From Octopus sinensis (taxonomy: Eukaryota): a stretch of 64,000 nt of DNA. A program made the position numbers and the translations under genes. Location of the stretch: contig NC_043014.1 of assembly GCF_006345805.1 (NCBI RefSeq), forward strand, positions 43,772,001-43,836,000, read 5' to 3'. Under the pieces are notes generated by a model. The model had not been told where the DNA came from and ran no database searches. It saw only the letters and a program-made list of their open reading frames with translations. Positions 38,026-51,004 of the stretch are shown here, one piece after another (position 1 is the stretch's first letter; every line of letters begins with the position of its first letter).

Positions 38026-38867
38026 ATATTAACTTCTAGAGTTGGTTTTTTTTTTCTCTTTTATCTCGTATTTCCAAAGAAATAAAAGGAAGATAAAAGT
38101 TATCGATGTAAAACGTTTTAAAAATGAAAGCCAAAAACATTTATTTATTATAAGTAATATTTTTCTGTCTTATCTGAATGCGACGATACTAAATGATTTA
38201 TATGTGAACCTCTTAGATGAATAGATGAAGCATGGACTTGAGATTTTATTTATTTATTTATGTATTTATTTTGTTTTACATTTGGCAATCCCAAGTTCCA
38301 TACCCATGTCAGTAGCTATTGTTATCGGAAGAGACAGTGTTTTAAGATAAATAGTATTCAAAGTATTTATGTAACGCTACTGTTGCTCTTCTGACAGAAT
38401 CAATAGAATAACATGCAAAATGTCTTACAGTATTTCCTAACAATCCTTTTACATTCTGAATTGAAATCTTGCTGCGTTTGGCGTCCTTTGGTGGAAAGGA
38501 TGCTCTCGGTTATCAGAGTGATGTATTGGGGTGTCCGGAAAGTTTGTGCCAATTATATGAATATAATTATATGAATATAATCAAAATTATATTTTGATAG
38601 CAAAATTGCTATGATACAAATCGTGTCTGCAAACAAGTTGACCGAGTAAAAGTCAAACAGTCCCCAAATTAGTTGGTACTGGATAATAAGAGACTGTGTG
38701 TGTATTGATGTCTATAATGTAGGCAGTTGAATTGATGGAGGCCCATGATATATGTATGTGAATGTGTGTGTATGTGTGTAGAATAAAACAGAAACAACCA
38801 AATGAATTTCTGAGTGTTGCTACAGCTGTTTCGTTCGAAGTTTTTATTTTCATGGAAGCATAATATA

Positions 38868-39433
38868 TTGGGTTGTCCGGAAAGTTCGTGCCGATTTTTA
38901 AAAGAAAGAAAAGGGTCAATAAATACTTGCCATTACATTTTTAATCAACCAAATACGAACCATTTCGTTGCACAATGCGTCTCCATCTTTCCTTTAAGTT
39001 GAAAATACCCTCTTCCCAGAATTGAGGTGGTTTCATGGCAAAGAATTCATCAAGGTATCTTTTTACGTCATCCAAGGAATTGAAATTTTTACAATTAAGA
39101 CTATTCTGCAGAGACCTGAATAAATGGAAATCCGAAGGAGCAATATCTGGTGAATATGGAGGCTGGGGTAACGCATCCCAGCCGAGCTGCAGCAATTTTT
39201 GTCTGGTTCCCAAGGCATCAAGTGCCGAAAATGAACTTCCTTATCTTCCATTTTAATGGGTTACAAAATTAATATAGGTTATAGGAACATAAACCTTCTT
39301 CCACGAAAAGATAGCTTAAACTGTGCTCTAAATGGAGGTGTAGTCAAATCCTATTTTATAGACTCAACCATGGTCTAAAATAAGTCGAAAGGTAAGCTAC
39401 TATAAATTGGCACAAACTTTCCGGACAACCCTA
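38868..39433 (-). mobile_element. Internally deleted mariner (Tc1/mariner) transposon
   Basis: TIRs TTGGGTTGTCCGGAAAGTTCGTGCCGATTT / AAATTGGCACAAACTTTCCGGACAACCCTA; TA on both sides (38866-38867, 39434-39435). Confidence 0.9.
38941..39251 (-). pseudogene. Mariner transposase remnant: N-terminal MEDKEVHFRHL fused out of frame to the C-terminus
   Basis: The C-terminal part contains PPYSPDIAPSDFHLF (mariner YSPDLAPxD motif) and ends RWRRIVQRNGSYLVD*. Confidence 0.9.
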
Positions 39434-39784
39434 TATTTAATCCATGAACCAGTTTTAACACCGCCACCTTTGATTTCACTGTGAATTTAATGGTACCCTC
39501 TCTGTCACAAACATTCAGCCCACCCACCCTTTCTATCTATCTTTCTCTATCTGGTTTCAAGATGACTGACCCCTGCTCACCAGTTATGGAAGCTCTGTGA
39601 AAAGGTCAAGAGCACCTCCTTTCCTCATTTGATTAAAACGGTTAAACAAACAGGAATAACAGCAGTTGTTGTATTTAGGAATGGTCATGTTGCCAGTTTA
39701 ACCAATAAAAACACACGCACTATATATTTGGTGTTACTTTGCTTCAGCATTATTCATTTTTTACATTAATCTTAATCATATTTC

Positions 39785-39829
39785 GGCCAGAGTACTTTCG
39801 TCACACTTCTGTGACCTCATCAGTGGTCC
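39785..39829 (-). ncRNA. Minimal type-I hammerhead ribozyme motif with canonical core
   Basis: GGACCA-CTGATGA-G-GTCAC agaagt GTGAC-GAAA-GTAC-TC-TGGCC. Stem II has 5 bp, stem III is the palindrome AGTACT, the cleavage triplet is CUC, and stem I is CCA/TGG. Confidence 0.72.
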
Positions 39830-40124
39830 TTTGCTTTCTTCTTTCTTATTTGTGTGTCACTCCTTACGAACGGTCAGTCATTTTGTATTTTGTATGTCTT
39901 TATTTGCGCATGAGTATACCCCTGTGTGTCTATGTTTAGCTAGTGTGTGTGTGTGTGTGGTGGGGGAAGGGCCTGTAATATTTGTATCTCCTGTTTATAC
40001 ATGTGTAGAGGGTACCATTAAATTCACAGTGAAATCAAAGGTGGCAGTGTTAAGACTGGTTCATGGATTAAATACATCACCCCAATAACTGAGAGTTTTC
40101 TTTCCACTAAAAGTCTAAACAAAT

Positions 40125-40540
40125 ATTCGGCCGTTGCCAGCGCCGCCCCGACTGGCCTCCGTGCCGGTGGCATGTAAAAAGCATCATCCGATTGTGGCTG
40201 TTGCCAGCCTCGTCTCGCCTCTGTGCCGGTGGCACGTAAAAAGCACCATCCGATTGTGGCTGTTTGCCAGCCTGCTCTGGCCCCTGTGCCGGTGGCACGT
40301 AAAAAGCACCATCCGATCATGGCCGTTTGCCAACCAGCTCTGGCCCCTGTGCTGGTGGCACGTAAAAAGCACCCACTACACTCATGGAGTGGTTGGCGTT
40401 AAGAAGGGCATCCAGCCGTAGAAACACTGCCAGATCAGACTGGGCCTGGTGCAGCCTTCTGGCTTCCCAGATCCCAGTTGAACCATCTAACCCATGCTAG
40501 CATGGAAAGCGGACGTTAAACAATGATGATGATGATGATG
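40125..40540 (+). mobile_element. RTE 3'UTR/tail with ~60-bp internal repeats
   Basis: Repeated GTGCCGGTGGCACGTAAAAAGCACC; ends GCATGGAAAGCGGACGTTAAACAATGATGATGATG. Confidence 0.8.
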
Positions 40541-42369
40541 AATAAAAGCAGTGTTTTACTGGTATTCCCTTTTATTTTCTATTCCAGTGAGAGGGAAGGC
40601 AAAATTAATCTTAGTGTGATTTGAACTCGACACCAGGCATTGGTTTTGTAGCATTGCTCAGTTTCCAAAAATAACAACCAGAAGTTGTTAATGACTCCCA
40701 TTCTGCATCTGCATGTGTTTGTGGAATGCACATGTGTGCAACAGGTGTCACAGGACATGTTTAGTAAACAATACACTTCATAATCTCTTGCTTTCCTCTT
40801 TTACTTCCTTCCATTAAGTATCTCTTAGATGTTTCCAATTGTTTTCACTACCAACCAGATAAACTGCAAATAATAATAATGACAGGAATGTTTTAAGCAC
40901 TTGGAAGACTATCTGAAAGCTTGTGGATACCTAAGGTTACTGTAGTAAACCGCAATCCACATTAATTCTACCAGGAATAAGAAGGGGCCTAAGTCATATT
41001 ATCAATAATAATAATAATCCTTTTTTACTATAGACACAAGGCCTCAAATGAAAGCCTGTCCAGCAGCACTGGCAAGGACCTCAACTGAATTTTTTTCATG
41101 TGCCAGTAAGGCAACGCCAGTAACGATCACGCTCGAATGATGCTTTTTATGTGCCACTGGCACGGAAGCCAGTTTGCTGCTCTGGCAACGATCTCACTTA
41201 ATAATAGTAATAATAATAATAATAATAGTAATATTAATAGTGTAGTAGTAGTAGTAGTAAATTATAATTAATAATTTATAATGATGATGATAATAATTAA
41301 TAATGTTTACATTATTTGACAGTAATTTCTTTTTCCTTTTGGAAAACAGCTTTTAAGCAATGTAAATATATTCGGAATATTTACCCTAGAATTAAAATGT
41401 GTCATTTGTTTTTATTGAAAACAGAATAAAACAATATTCTGTCTGTGTATAATTTTATTTTCATTTTAAAAACTTGGGAAAAAAGAGAGCTCTGGAAATT
41501 GCAAATGTTTGTAGATATAACAGGGAAAATACAATTATAAAAAAATTAAGACATTAAAATCATTCTATAAATTATAAAATTTCTCTCCTTTTACGTGGTT
41601 TATTAATCTACGTTTTTATTATTATTATTATTATTTTTTCCTTTAAATATATTTTTATTCTTCAATTACAAATATATGGTGTGAATGGCTTTTAAAAATT
41701 TGCAATAATGTTTTTAATTTTTTTATTTTAAATTCAAAATTTTTTGTTTTGAATAGTGTAAAATATTGTGCATTTTTCTGTATTTTTTTTTTTTTATTAA
41801 AGTAGATTCCAGACATTAAAAGAAAGAAAAAGTTTGTTATATATAAAGTAAAGAAAAATAGATTTGTAAACACTTAACAGAAAATTGTATTTTCCACAAC
41901 TGAAATTTTCTAAATGAATTTTAGGGTTTCTGTGCTCTCTATTAACTTCACATTTTTTAAAACTTAATTTATTTTAGAAAAATGTAAAATGGGCATTGCT
42001 GGCATTCCTTCCTCTGGAAGATGTCCTTGTAAGGCATTAAATATTCAATGTCTTGTGCTGTTTTTGTTGGTCACAAAACCCTAGCCTGTTAAAATATATA
42101 TAATATTTATAGCATATCGTTATAAGTTATTGAAACATTACGCCATATCTGTTCCAAAGTTGACCATGGTAACGGAACAAATTTGAGAGGAAACCTATCA
42201 AAAATATTACATTATGTATGTATATATATATGTACACTCACACACACATACACACACACACACACGTATGTCTGCACCAAAACATTCTGAAGTCAAATTT
42301 ATGTTAAACAAGTTTTTTTGCATTTCTTCTTTCTCATATATTTACATTGCCATTACTTTCAAGATGCAC

Positions 42370-42434
<65 letters not shown>

Positions 42435-42467
42435 CATCATCATCACCATCATCATCACCATCATCAG

Positions 42468-42680
42468 GGTAGCGAGCTGGCAGAATCATTAGTACACTGG
42501 TTAAAATGCTTAGCAGTATTATGTCTGTCTTTACATTCTGAGTTCAAATTCTACCGAGGTCAACTTTACCTTTCATCCGTTTGTGGGTTGATAAATTAAG
42601 TACAAGTGAAGCACTGGGATTGATGTAATTGACTCTCCCTGTCCCACAAATTTCAGGCCTTGTGCCTTTCATAGAAAGTA
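42468..42680 (+). mobile_element. SINE family C variant with alternative 3' tail
   Basis: C-type head and body, then CCCACAAATTTCAGGCCTTGTGCC. Confidence 0.7.
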
Positions 42681-43017
42681 TTATTATTATTATTATTATT
42701 ATTAATTTCCACCAAGGTCAGTTTTTGCCTTTCATCTTTCCAGGGTCAATTAAATAAGTACCAGTTATACACTAGGGTCAATGTAATCGAATTAATCCCC
42801 TCCCAAGCTGCTCTTGTGGTAAAAGTTTGAGCAAAGAGGAGAATGAAGACCCCTCTTGACCCTGTACTACCCTGCCACCTCCATTACCTCAAAAGCAGAA
42901 GCATTGACATCTTGCAACAACAAATAACATGCCAACACAGACAGCACTTGGGTACTCATGTTGTGCCTTGGCACTTCTGACTTGTGGAGTTAATAATTAG
43001 AGTGCTACTATAATGTG

Positions 43018-43335
43018 AAGGCACATGGCTTAGTGGTTAGGGCATTTGGCTCACAACTGTAAGGTCGTGAGTTCGATTCCTGGCCACACGTTGTGTCCTT
43101 GACCAAGACACTTTATTGCACGTTGTTCCAGTCCACTTAACTGGCAAAAATGACTTGTACCTGTATTTCAAAGGGCCGGCCTTGTCACACTCTGTGTCAC
43201 ACTGAATCTCCCTAGAACTACGTTAAGGTTACGCGTGTCTGTGGAGTACTCAGCCACTTGCACGTTAATTTCACGAGCAGGCTGTTTCGTTGATTGTATC
43301 AGCTGGGACCCTCGTCGTCATAACCGACGGAGTGC
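43018..43335 (+). mobile_element. tRNA-derived SINE family E (CORE-like)
   Basis: A-box TGGCTTAGTGG, B-box GAGTTCGATTCC, then GTGTCCTTGACCAAGACAC. Confidence 0.75.
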
Positions 43336-44432
43336 TTCCATCCTATAATGTGTAGGATGAATCAAGTTTATCAGCTGAGTCCATTTTGAGGATCATCCTA
43401 CTAGCTTTGTTTGTCTGGAAGGGGCAAGCAGTTGATATTTGTCTGGTGACCTTGGCATATGGAGTTGTGTGGTAGATGAAGTTGTGTGGCATATGAATTT
43501 ATGAGACAGAAAGGGGCTGAAGACAGACACTTTCTGTTTTAGAAAATGAGGATGGAAAGGGAGTACTTCTCTCTAGCAAAATTGTTTACTGGTAGATGAG
43601 AGTGACAAGCATGGTCTTAGTGAAAGGGCCTACTCTGAGCCTGTGTCTGTAGATCAGAGAAGGGCAGGTTGGAGAGGGCACTTGCCCCGGTGGTCAGGGT
43701 TGCTGTGGTTTTCATTGGATTTCTAGGAGTAGCCTTTGGAGGTCACCCCACTTGGGGGGGGGGATTTTCTTTGTTCAAATTATTTGTTCTTTTGTTTTTG
43801 TCATTTCTTTTGTTTACTTTTTTTGTTTTGTTATCACACAGTGCATTGTCCTGTATTGTCTGCAAGCTTTTCATGAACTCTTGTGGCAAATAAAGAAAGC
43901 ATTATTATTGTTATTATTATTATCATTATTATTATTATCATTATTATTATTGTTATTATTATTATTATTATCATTATTATTATTATTATTTGAGTGATAA
44001 GTGTTGTTTTTGTTGTTGTTATTTTTGTTTCTGTTTGGGTTTCTGTTTTTTATTTTTGTTCAAAAAAGAAAAAAAAAACCCATACAGTTAATTTTTATAA
44101 CTTTAGCAGCTTTACAGTTTTCTGTACTTGACTCTGTGTGTGTGTGTGTGATGGGGGGAAAGAGAAAAAAATGAAAGTAATTTTGTGATGTAAACTTGTC
44201 AATGGTGTATTGTCAGCATGGCAGGCAAAATGCTTGGTGGCATGTCATCCTTCTTTACATTCTGGGTTCAAATTCTGCTGAGGTCACCTTTGCCATTCAT
44301 CCTTCCAGAGTTGATAGATTAAGTACCAGTTGAGTAATGGGGTCAATGTAACTGATTCCTCTGGCCCCTAGAAATTGCTGGCTTTGTGCTAGAATTTGAA
44401 GCCCCTATTTTCTTGTCAACAAAATTTAAGAT

Positions 44433-44695
44433 ACAGTTCTATATTTAAGAGATGAGGAATTATGTGCATTATTTACATTATTTACATTAAACAGATATTT
44501 GTCCTCATCTTGTTTGTTGTTAATACAACGTTTCGGCTGATATACCCTCCAGCTTTCTGGAGAAAAATACCTTAGGAATGAGAACCCAGGTTCAAAATTT
44601 CCCCATGACATCTGAAGAAGGCGGGAGGGTATATCAGCTGAAATGTTGTGTTAACAACAAAGATGAGGACAAATATCTGTCAAATGTAAATAATG
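44433..44695. mobile_element. Second inverted-pair Penelope-like insertion (same family as 29924-30446, headless)
   Basis: 13-bp TSD CAAAATTTAAGAT at 44420-44432 and 44696-44708; inversion junction near 44560. Confidence 0.78.
44607..44652 (+). ncRNA. Minimal type-I hammerhead-like motif, near intact
   Basis: GACAT-CTGAAGA-A-GGCGG gagggtatat CAGCT-GAAA-TGTT-GTGTT. The partner copy at about 44520-44555 (-) keeps CAGCCGAAACGTT. Confidence 0.62.
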
Positions 44696-45137
44696 CAAAA
44701 TTTAAGATGTTTGGATTTTTGTCATTGTTGCTGGATGGAGAATTGGAAGATTCGTTTGGAACATTGAAAAACAAAAACACAAAAAAAATGCCTTTTGGTT
44801 GTTTCTACTGACTCATTGCAATTCTGACTTCAAATCCCACCAAATTCAACTTTGCAGGTGATGGATTGGCAGAATGATTAGAACGTTAGAAGAAATGCTT
44901 TGTAGTATTTCTTGTGGCTCTTTGTGTTCTGAGTTCAAATCCTGTTGCAAGATGGGAGCTGGATTGAAGCCCATCGTGTGTATATATGTATGTATGTATG
45001 TATATATACACTTTAACTGTATTGAATTTTAGTGCTTACTTATCAACAGTTTTTTCTTCTCATGAACTTTTACGAGGCAGGCTATCACTTCAACCCTGAT
45101 TAGTAGCAGAAGTCTCTAACGAGAAACAAGATCATTG

Positions 45138-45333
45138 TTCTAGGTTCAGTCCCACTGCATGGCACCTTGGGCAAGTGTCTTCTACTATAGCTTGGGACCG
45201 ACCAAAGCCTTGTGAGGGGATTTGGTAGACGGAAACTGAAAGAAGCCCGTTGCATATATGTATAAATGTATATATATATATATATAATATATATATATAT
45301 TATATTTATATATAATATTTATATATATATATT

Positions 45334-45366
<33 letters not shown>

Positions 45367-45610
45367 ATATATATAATATATGTATGTATGTATTTGTGTG
45401 TATATGTTTGTGTGTCTGTGTTTGCCCCACCAACATCGCTTGACAACCGATGCTGGTGTGTTTACATCCCCGTAACTTAGCAGTTCGGCAAAACAGACCG
45501 ATAGAAATAAGTACTAGGCTTACAAAGAATAAGTCCTGGGGTCGATTTGCTCAATTAAGGGCAGTGCTCCAGCTTGGCCACAGTCAAATAACTGAAACAA
45601 GTAAAAGAGT
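45138..45610 (+). mobile_element. SINE family A, 5'-truncated, with expanded internal (TA)n
   Basis: Family match on both sides of a ~150-bp TA tract. Confidence 0.85.
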
Positions 45611-46149
45611 ATATATAACTTGTAGATTGGAATAAAATATTAAACACTGGGTTTGATGGATGAAAATTTTGGTCCACCCTTCATTCTTTCCATTCATGTT
45701 TTGAAGTTTACTGTTTGAAATTGAGATGATTTTTACAAAAATCGGAATGAGTGAAGTGGGAAATGAAACATTTCAAATTAATCATGTTTCAAAGATTTTT
45801 TTTTTTTTTTTTTTTTTTATAAACCACTATTGAACTTCAAACAATTTTGAACCTCCGCTCTGTTTCTAACAAAAATTTTTAATCTCCATAAAAATATTTT
45901 CACTTTCATCCAGTCACTTATTTATTTTAAACTTTCATTTGGGTTTTAATTTCAGACCCTGTAACCTCATTATCCATTATTTGGAATTAAAGCAGTTTTA
46001 GCATTTAATATTTCGAAGCAAAAATGAAAAATAAAGAAATATGTAGGTGGAGAGAAGTTCAAAATTAAAGTCATCTGTTTTTCATCCTTGTTTAATGGTT
46101 ATTTTCACATGTTTGCATGGGTTGGACATAGTTTGTTGAGGGAGATTTT

Positions 46150-46575
46150 TTATGGCCAGATCGTTACCACTGTCGCCCCACTGGCACTTGTGCCTGTGCT
46201 AGTAGGATGCCAAGAACACCATCCGAGCGTGATCGTTGCCAGAGCGGCTAACTGGCTTCTGTGCCGGTGGCACATAAAAGGCACCATTTGAGCGTGGTCG
46301 TTACCAGCGTCGCCTTACTGGGACCTGTGCCGTTGGCATGTGTAAAAAAGATTCGAGCAAGGTCATTGCCAGTACCATTTGACTGGCCCTGTGCTGGTGG
46401 CACGTTAAAAGCACCCACTTCACTCTCAGAGTGGTTGGCATGAGGAAGGGCATCAAGCTGTAGAAACTCTGCCAGATCAAGATTGGAGCCTGGTGCAGCC
46501 ATCTGGTTCACCAGCCCTCAGTCAAAATCGTCCAACCCATGCTAGCATGGAAAGCGGACGTTAAATGATGATGAT
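46150..46575 (+). mobile_element. RTE 3'UTR/tail
   Basis: Same tail as 40125-40540. Confidence 0.75.
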
Positions 46576-47379
46576 GCTCTTCTTGTCACCAACCCTTGCC
46601 TGTTTCCAAGCAAGGTAATATTTTCCCATAGAAAGACTTGTTCTCCGAAGTCTGATAATCAACAACCTCATTTGTATAATCGTGGCACTCATTCACAAGA
46701 TGCCAAGGCAAGGTTATACACAAATGCATACACGTGTGCATGCACACACACAGGATGGACTTCCTTCAATTTCCGTGTTTTAAATCTATTAACAATGCTT
46801 AAGTTTGTCTGAGGCTATGGTAGAAGACACTTGCCCAAGGTGCCCTGCTGTAGGATTGAACCCAATACCATATAGTTGGGAAGCATGCTTCTCAACGACA
46901 AGTCCCCATCTGTGCCTGTATGTAATTAATTTCTTCTCCAATTCTTTCTGGGACAGATTTAGTCAAGTCCTGAGTTAAGGGAAAACAACTAAGAGCTGAA
47001 AAAGGAGAATGTAATTAGCAAACCTAGCCAACCCATAAAAAAAAAAAAGGATGAGGTGGGGACCATTAAACTGGTAACAATGATAGGGGTGGTTGGTGAT
47101 GGTTCAAATGACATCGTTAATAAAATAATTAGGGTAAAGAAATAATATTAATGTAGTCTGATAACTGCAAGCACTCAGGTGCTCAATTATTTACTCTATT
47201 AAAAAATCATGGAGATATATGTTTTAATATTGTTTCTTCATTTTTGATGGGAGGGGGTCTCTTTTTTTGTTTTATTTAATAGAGATATAGTTATATTAGT
47301 ACAGCTATGGAAATGCTTGAAGCAAATTTTATTGTACCCTTCAGAGGTTGACAATTTACATTTACTCTAGGCTCTGGCT

Positions 47380-47620
47380 TGTGGAGGTGCGTGGCTTGGT
47401 GGTTAGGGTGTCAGCATCATGATTGTAAGATTGCGGTTTCGATTCCTGGACCGGGTGACGCGTTGTGTTCTTGAGCAAAACACTTCATTTCACATTGCTC
47501 CAGTCTACTCAGCTGGCAAAAATGAGTAACGCTGTGATGGACTGGTATCCCGTCCAGCTGGAAACTGGGGAACCGGGCCCATGAGCCTGGCTAGGCTTTA
47601 AAAGGACGCATTTATTTATT
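47380..47620 (+). mobile_element. tRNA-derived SINE (E-type core, alternative tail)
   Basis: Head GGAGGTGCGTGGCTTGGTGG, core GTGTTCTTGAGCAAAACAC, tail GATGGACTGGTATCCCGTCCAG...CATGAGCCTGGCTAGGC. Confidence 0.7.
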
Positions 47621-47718
47621 TTTTTTTTTTCTAGGCCCTGGCTTAATTAATCATTTGCATAAATGTGGAAAAATTTTATATAAATATGTTATATAAGAAC
47701 AGAAGAAATGTAAATAAC

Positions 47719-47749
<31 letters not shown>

Positions 47750-48131
47750 GTTGCAAGAAGGGTAACAGATTGTTTTAACTGGTCTGTCACATGTATTGAG
47801 AAGAGCATTTTCAATGTGGGAGTGATTACTTCCCATGTATTTTAATTTGTTTTTTTGTTTTTTTTTACATAACTTCATTTCATTTTGAAAATGAACAATC
47901 TAATGTATTTAGCTTAACGGCCTATCAATGAATGCAGTGAGGTTCTTTGCCCTAGGTGTTGGGAAGGCACTCAGCAAGAAATGGAAACAAAACTGAACAG
48001 AGAAAAACTAATAATAATAATAATAATAATAACAACAACAATAATAATAATAGTAATAATAATGATAAACAAAAATGCCCAACAAAACATAATTATAAGT
48101 AGGGTCTTTTTTTTGTATTTTTTCTTTCCAG

Positions 48132-48322
48132 CTTTCATAAAGTGACTTACATGATTGGTAGAAACCCAAACCAGGTGGATTACGTCATAGATTCAAGTAA
48201 CTTCATCCAGAGCAGTTACATCTCTCGAAATCATGCCAGGGTTGTCCGTCAGCCTGGGAACATCCATCGATTATATGATGACAGCTTGAATGGTGTCTTT
48301 GTGAATAATCAGAAGATCTCAG
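48132..48322 (+). CDS. Internal coding exon of an FHA (forkhead-associated) domain protein, possibly TCF19-like
   Basis: Acceptor TTTTTTCTTTCCAG and donor CAG|GTAACC; 191 nt, phase 2 to 1. FHKVTYMIGRNPNQVDYVIDSSNFIQSSYISRNHARVV...LYDDSLNGVFVNNQKIS has the FHA G-R, S-x-x-H and N-G motifs in order. Confidence 0.85.
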
Positions 48323-48490
48323 GTAACCAATTGCCCCTTATTAGCCTATCTTTACCATAAAATATCACACCAAAAATTCTTCGCACTCTGTACTTCTGAT
48401 ATGTCCCTTCTCTTACTTAGAAAAGCACAGTTTTGATTTTTGACGCTTCCACATAATTCTTTAAAATTCCCCGTTCTTTTAAGAATTACA

Positions 48491-49052
48491 TATCTTTCAA
48501 AACATTTCTTCAGCACTTTTTGGTCATTTGGGCACATCTCACAAAGCCTGACTTCTTAGATATTTCTGTCTTTTTTTAGCCCTTTTTTTTTTTTTTTTTT
48601 TTTTGTGGGATGGTCGGGATGACCAATATGTTTTTGAGATCTCTTTCAAAACATTTCTTCAGCATTATTTGGTCATTTGGGCATATCTCACAAAGCCTGA
48701 CTTCTTAGATATTTCTGTCTTTTTTAACCCTTTTTTTTTTTTTGTGGGATGGTCGGGATGACCAATATGTTTTTGAGATATCTTTCAAAACATTTCTTGA
48801 GCATTATTTGGTCATTTGGGTACATCTTACAAAGCCTGACTTCTTAGATATTTCTGTCTTTTTTAGCCCTTTTTTTTTTTTTGTTGGGTGGCCAGTATAA
48901 CCGATATGTTTTGGAGATATCTTTCAAAACATTTCTGCAGCATTATTTGGTCATTTGGGAACATCTACAAATCCTGACTTCTTAGATATTTCTGTACTTT
49001 TTTAGGATTTTTTTTTTTTAGTGGGGTGGGCAGGATGACCGATATGTTTTGG
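48491..49052. repeat. Minisatellite, 4 copies of 139-149 bp
   Basis: Units start at 48491, 48640, 48779 and 48918; length differences come mainly from the poly-T run. Confidence 0.92.
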
Positions 49053-49839
49053 AAAAGTGTGTTAATTTATCATTTGGCAAAACTGAAATAAATAAACACA
49101 TATACTTTTGCTGTCACATTTTTTTTTCTTTCTTTGGCTTTTTTCTCTTAACGTTGCAACTTTATTTGGCCATAAGCTACGTGTTAAAACAAACAATTTA
49201 TATCCTTCCATATAAACGCTTGATACATTTTTCTGCATAATTTACTTCATAGATGTCGTCTCCAACTCATTAAACAATTGCTTAATAAGTAAGAAAATTC
49301 TTGGTCAATAATGTTCGCAGCGTTTGTTTGATCTGTCAGTAGTGGACTAATTGATTTCCATTAACCTACTAATGATGCTTATCTTTACACACTATTCAAG
49401 ATTAAGTTGACGTATCTTAATGTTTTTAGGTGTGGCCATATTAATTCAGTTTCACACTCACACACACACATACACACACACACACACATTTCAAGATCCT
49501 TTTCTGTGTTGTAAGTAATGGTTGCTTTACGAAAAGCCACTTCCATTTTTTTTCCTGCTTTATGTAATTAGAGCCTTAATGGGTCAATTCTTGAAAAGAT
49601 ACATTACACACACACACACACACACACAAACAAACACACACACACACACATACACACACACACACATGCGCGCATGCATGCATGTGTATAAGCAGGCAAA
49701 CAACATAAATCCAGTATTCGCTGTTGTTGTCATTGTTTCCCTGCTGTCTCTCTGCCCCTTGCTATATTTGCTTTGGCAGTTTGAGCTAGACTTGCTCAGC
49801 AGGTCATATCTGCATGTATATATATATATATATATATAT

Positions 49840-50160
49840 CATCATCATCATCATTTAGCGTCCGCTTTCCATGCTAGCATGGGTTGGACGGTTCAACTGG
49901 GGTCTGTGAAGCCAGAAGGCTGCATCAGGCCCAGTCTGATCTGGCAGTGTTTCTACGGCTGGATGCCCTTCCTAACGCCAACCACTCCTTGAGTGTAGTG
50001 GGTGCTTTTTATGTGCCACCCGCACAGGTGCCAGACGGAGCTAGCAAACGGCCACGGACGGATGGTGCTTTTATGTGCCACTGGCACGGGGTCCAGGCAA
50101 GGCTGGCAACGGCCACGAATGGATGGTGCTACGTGCCACCAGCACGGGGGCCAGGTGTAT
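49840..50160 (-). mobile_element. RTE 3'UTR/tail
   Basis: Family match. Confidence 0.75.
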
Positions 50161-50166
50161 ATATAT

Positions 50167-50227
<61 letters not shown>

Positions 50228-50564
50228 ACACATATATATGTATACATATGTATATATATATATGTATGTATATATATATATATATATTATATATATATCC
50301 ATACTTACATACATGCATACATATATGTATGCATGTATATACATACATACATACACACACATGCATGCCACACTTCTTTCATACACCCACTCAGTTTTGC
50401 TGTGTGTGTATATATATGTGTGTGCGTCGTATCTCAATCTGTATTTCTCATTATATTTGTTGTACAGTTAATTGATGTCTCCAGATATTTTAGCGATATT
50501 AGATGAGAACCATCAATATCTACGTCGGAGAGTGAATATATATACATACATACATATATATATA

Positions 50565-50612
<48 letters not shown>

Positions 50613-51004
50613 TGTATGTGTATGTTTATTGTGTGTGCAAATACTCGCGTACACACACATGTATAAATGTCTGTATTTAATATCAATTTATTATATTTAA
50701 ACATAGATAAATGAGCATAGTTGTTTATTACATTTGTTTCTCTTTTCTTGTTAACATGGGTTTAAAAATCAAAAAGAAAAAAAAATCAATCAGTGGGCTG
50801 ATAATTTTTCTATAACTGTTTATCATTCATGGCTGGACTAATAACTGGATTTCCTTCTTGTTCAGATTTAAAAAAAAAAAAAACAAGTGAAGATATGGTC
50901 TCTTGCTTATTATAGCTTACCAAACAATAGTGCTTATGGATTGAATCCATTTGTGGTTTGTCCTTGCTCATCATTCAAAAAATACAAAAGTTCATGAAAC
51001 ATGT

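Noticed and set aside
43380-43760. Possible decayed retroelement ORF
   Set aside because: Too degenerate to assign a family from sequence alone.
48630-48670. Minus-strand CTGAAGA-AATGTTTT-GAAA-GA(G/T)ATCTC in the 139-bp repeat as a tandem hammerhead
   Set aside because: Stem II would be only 2 A-U pairs, stem I does not abut the cleavage site, and the core is not kept in all units.
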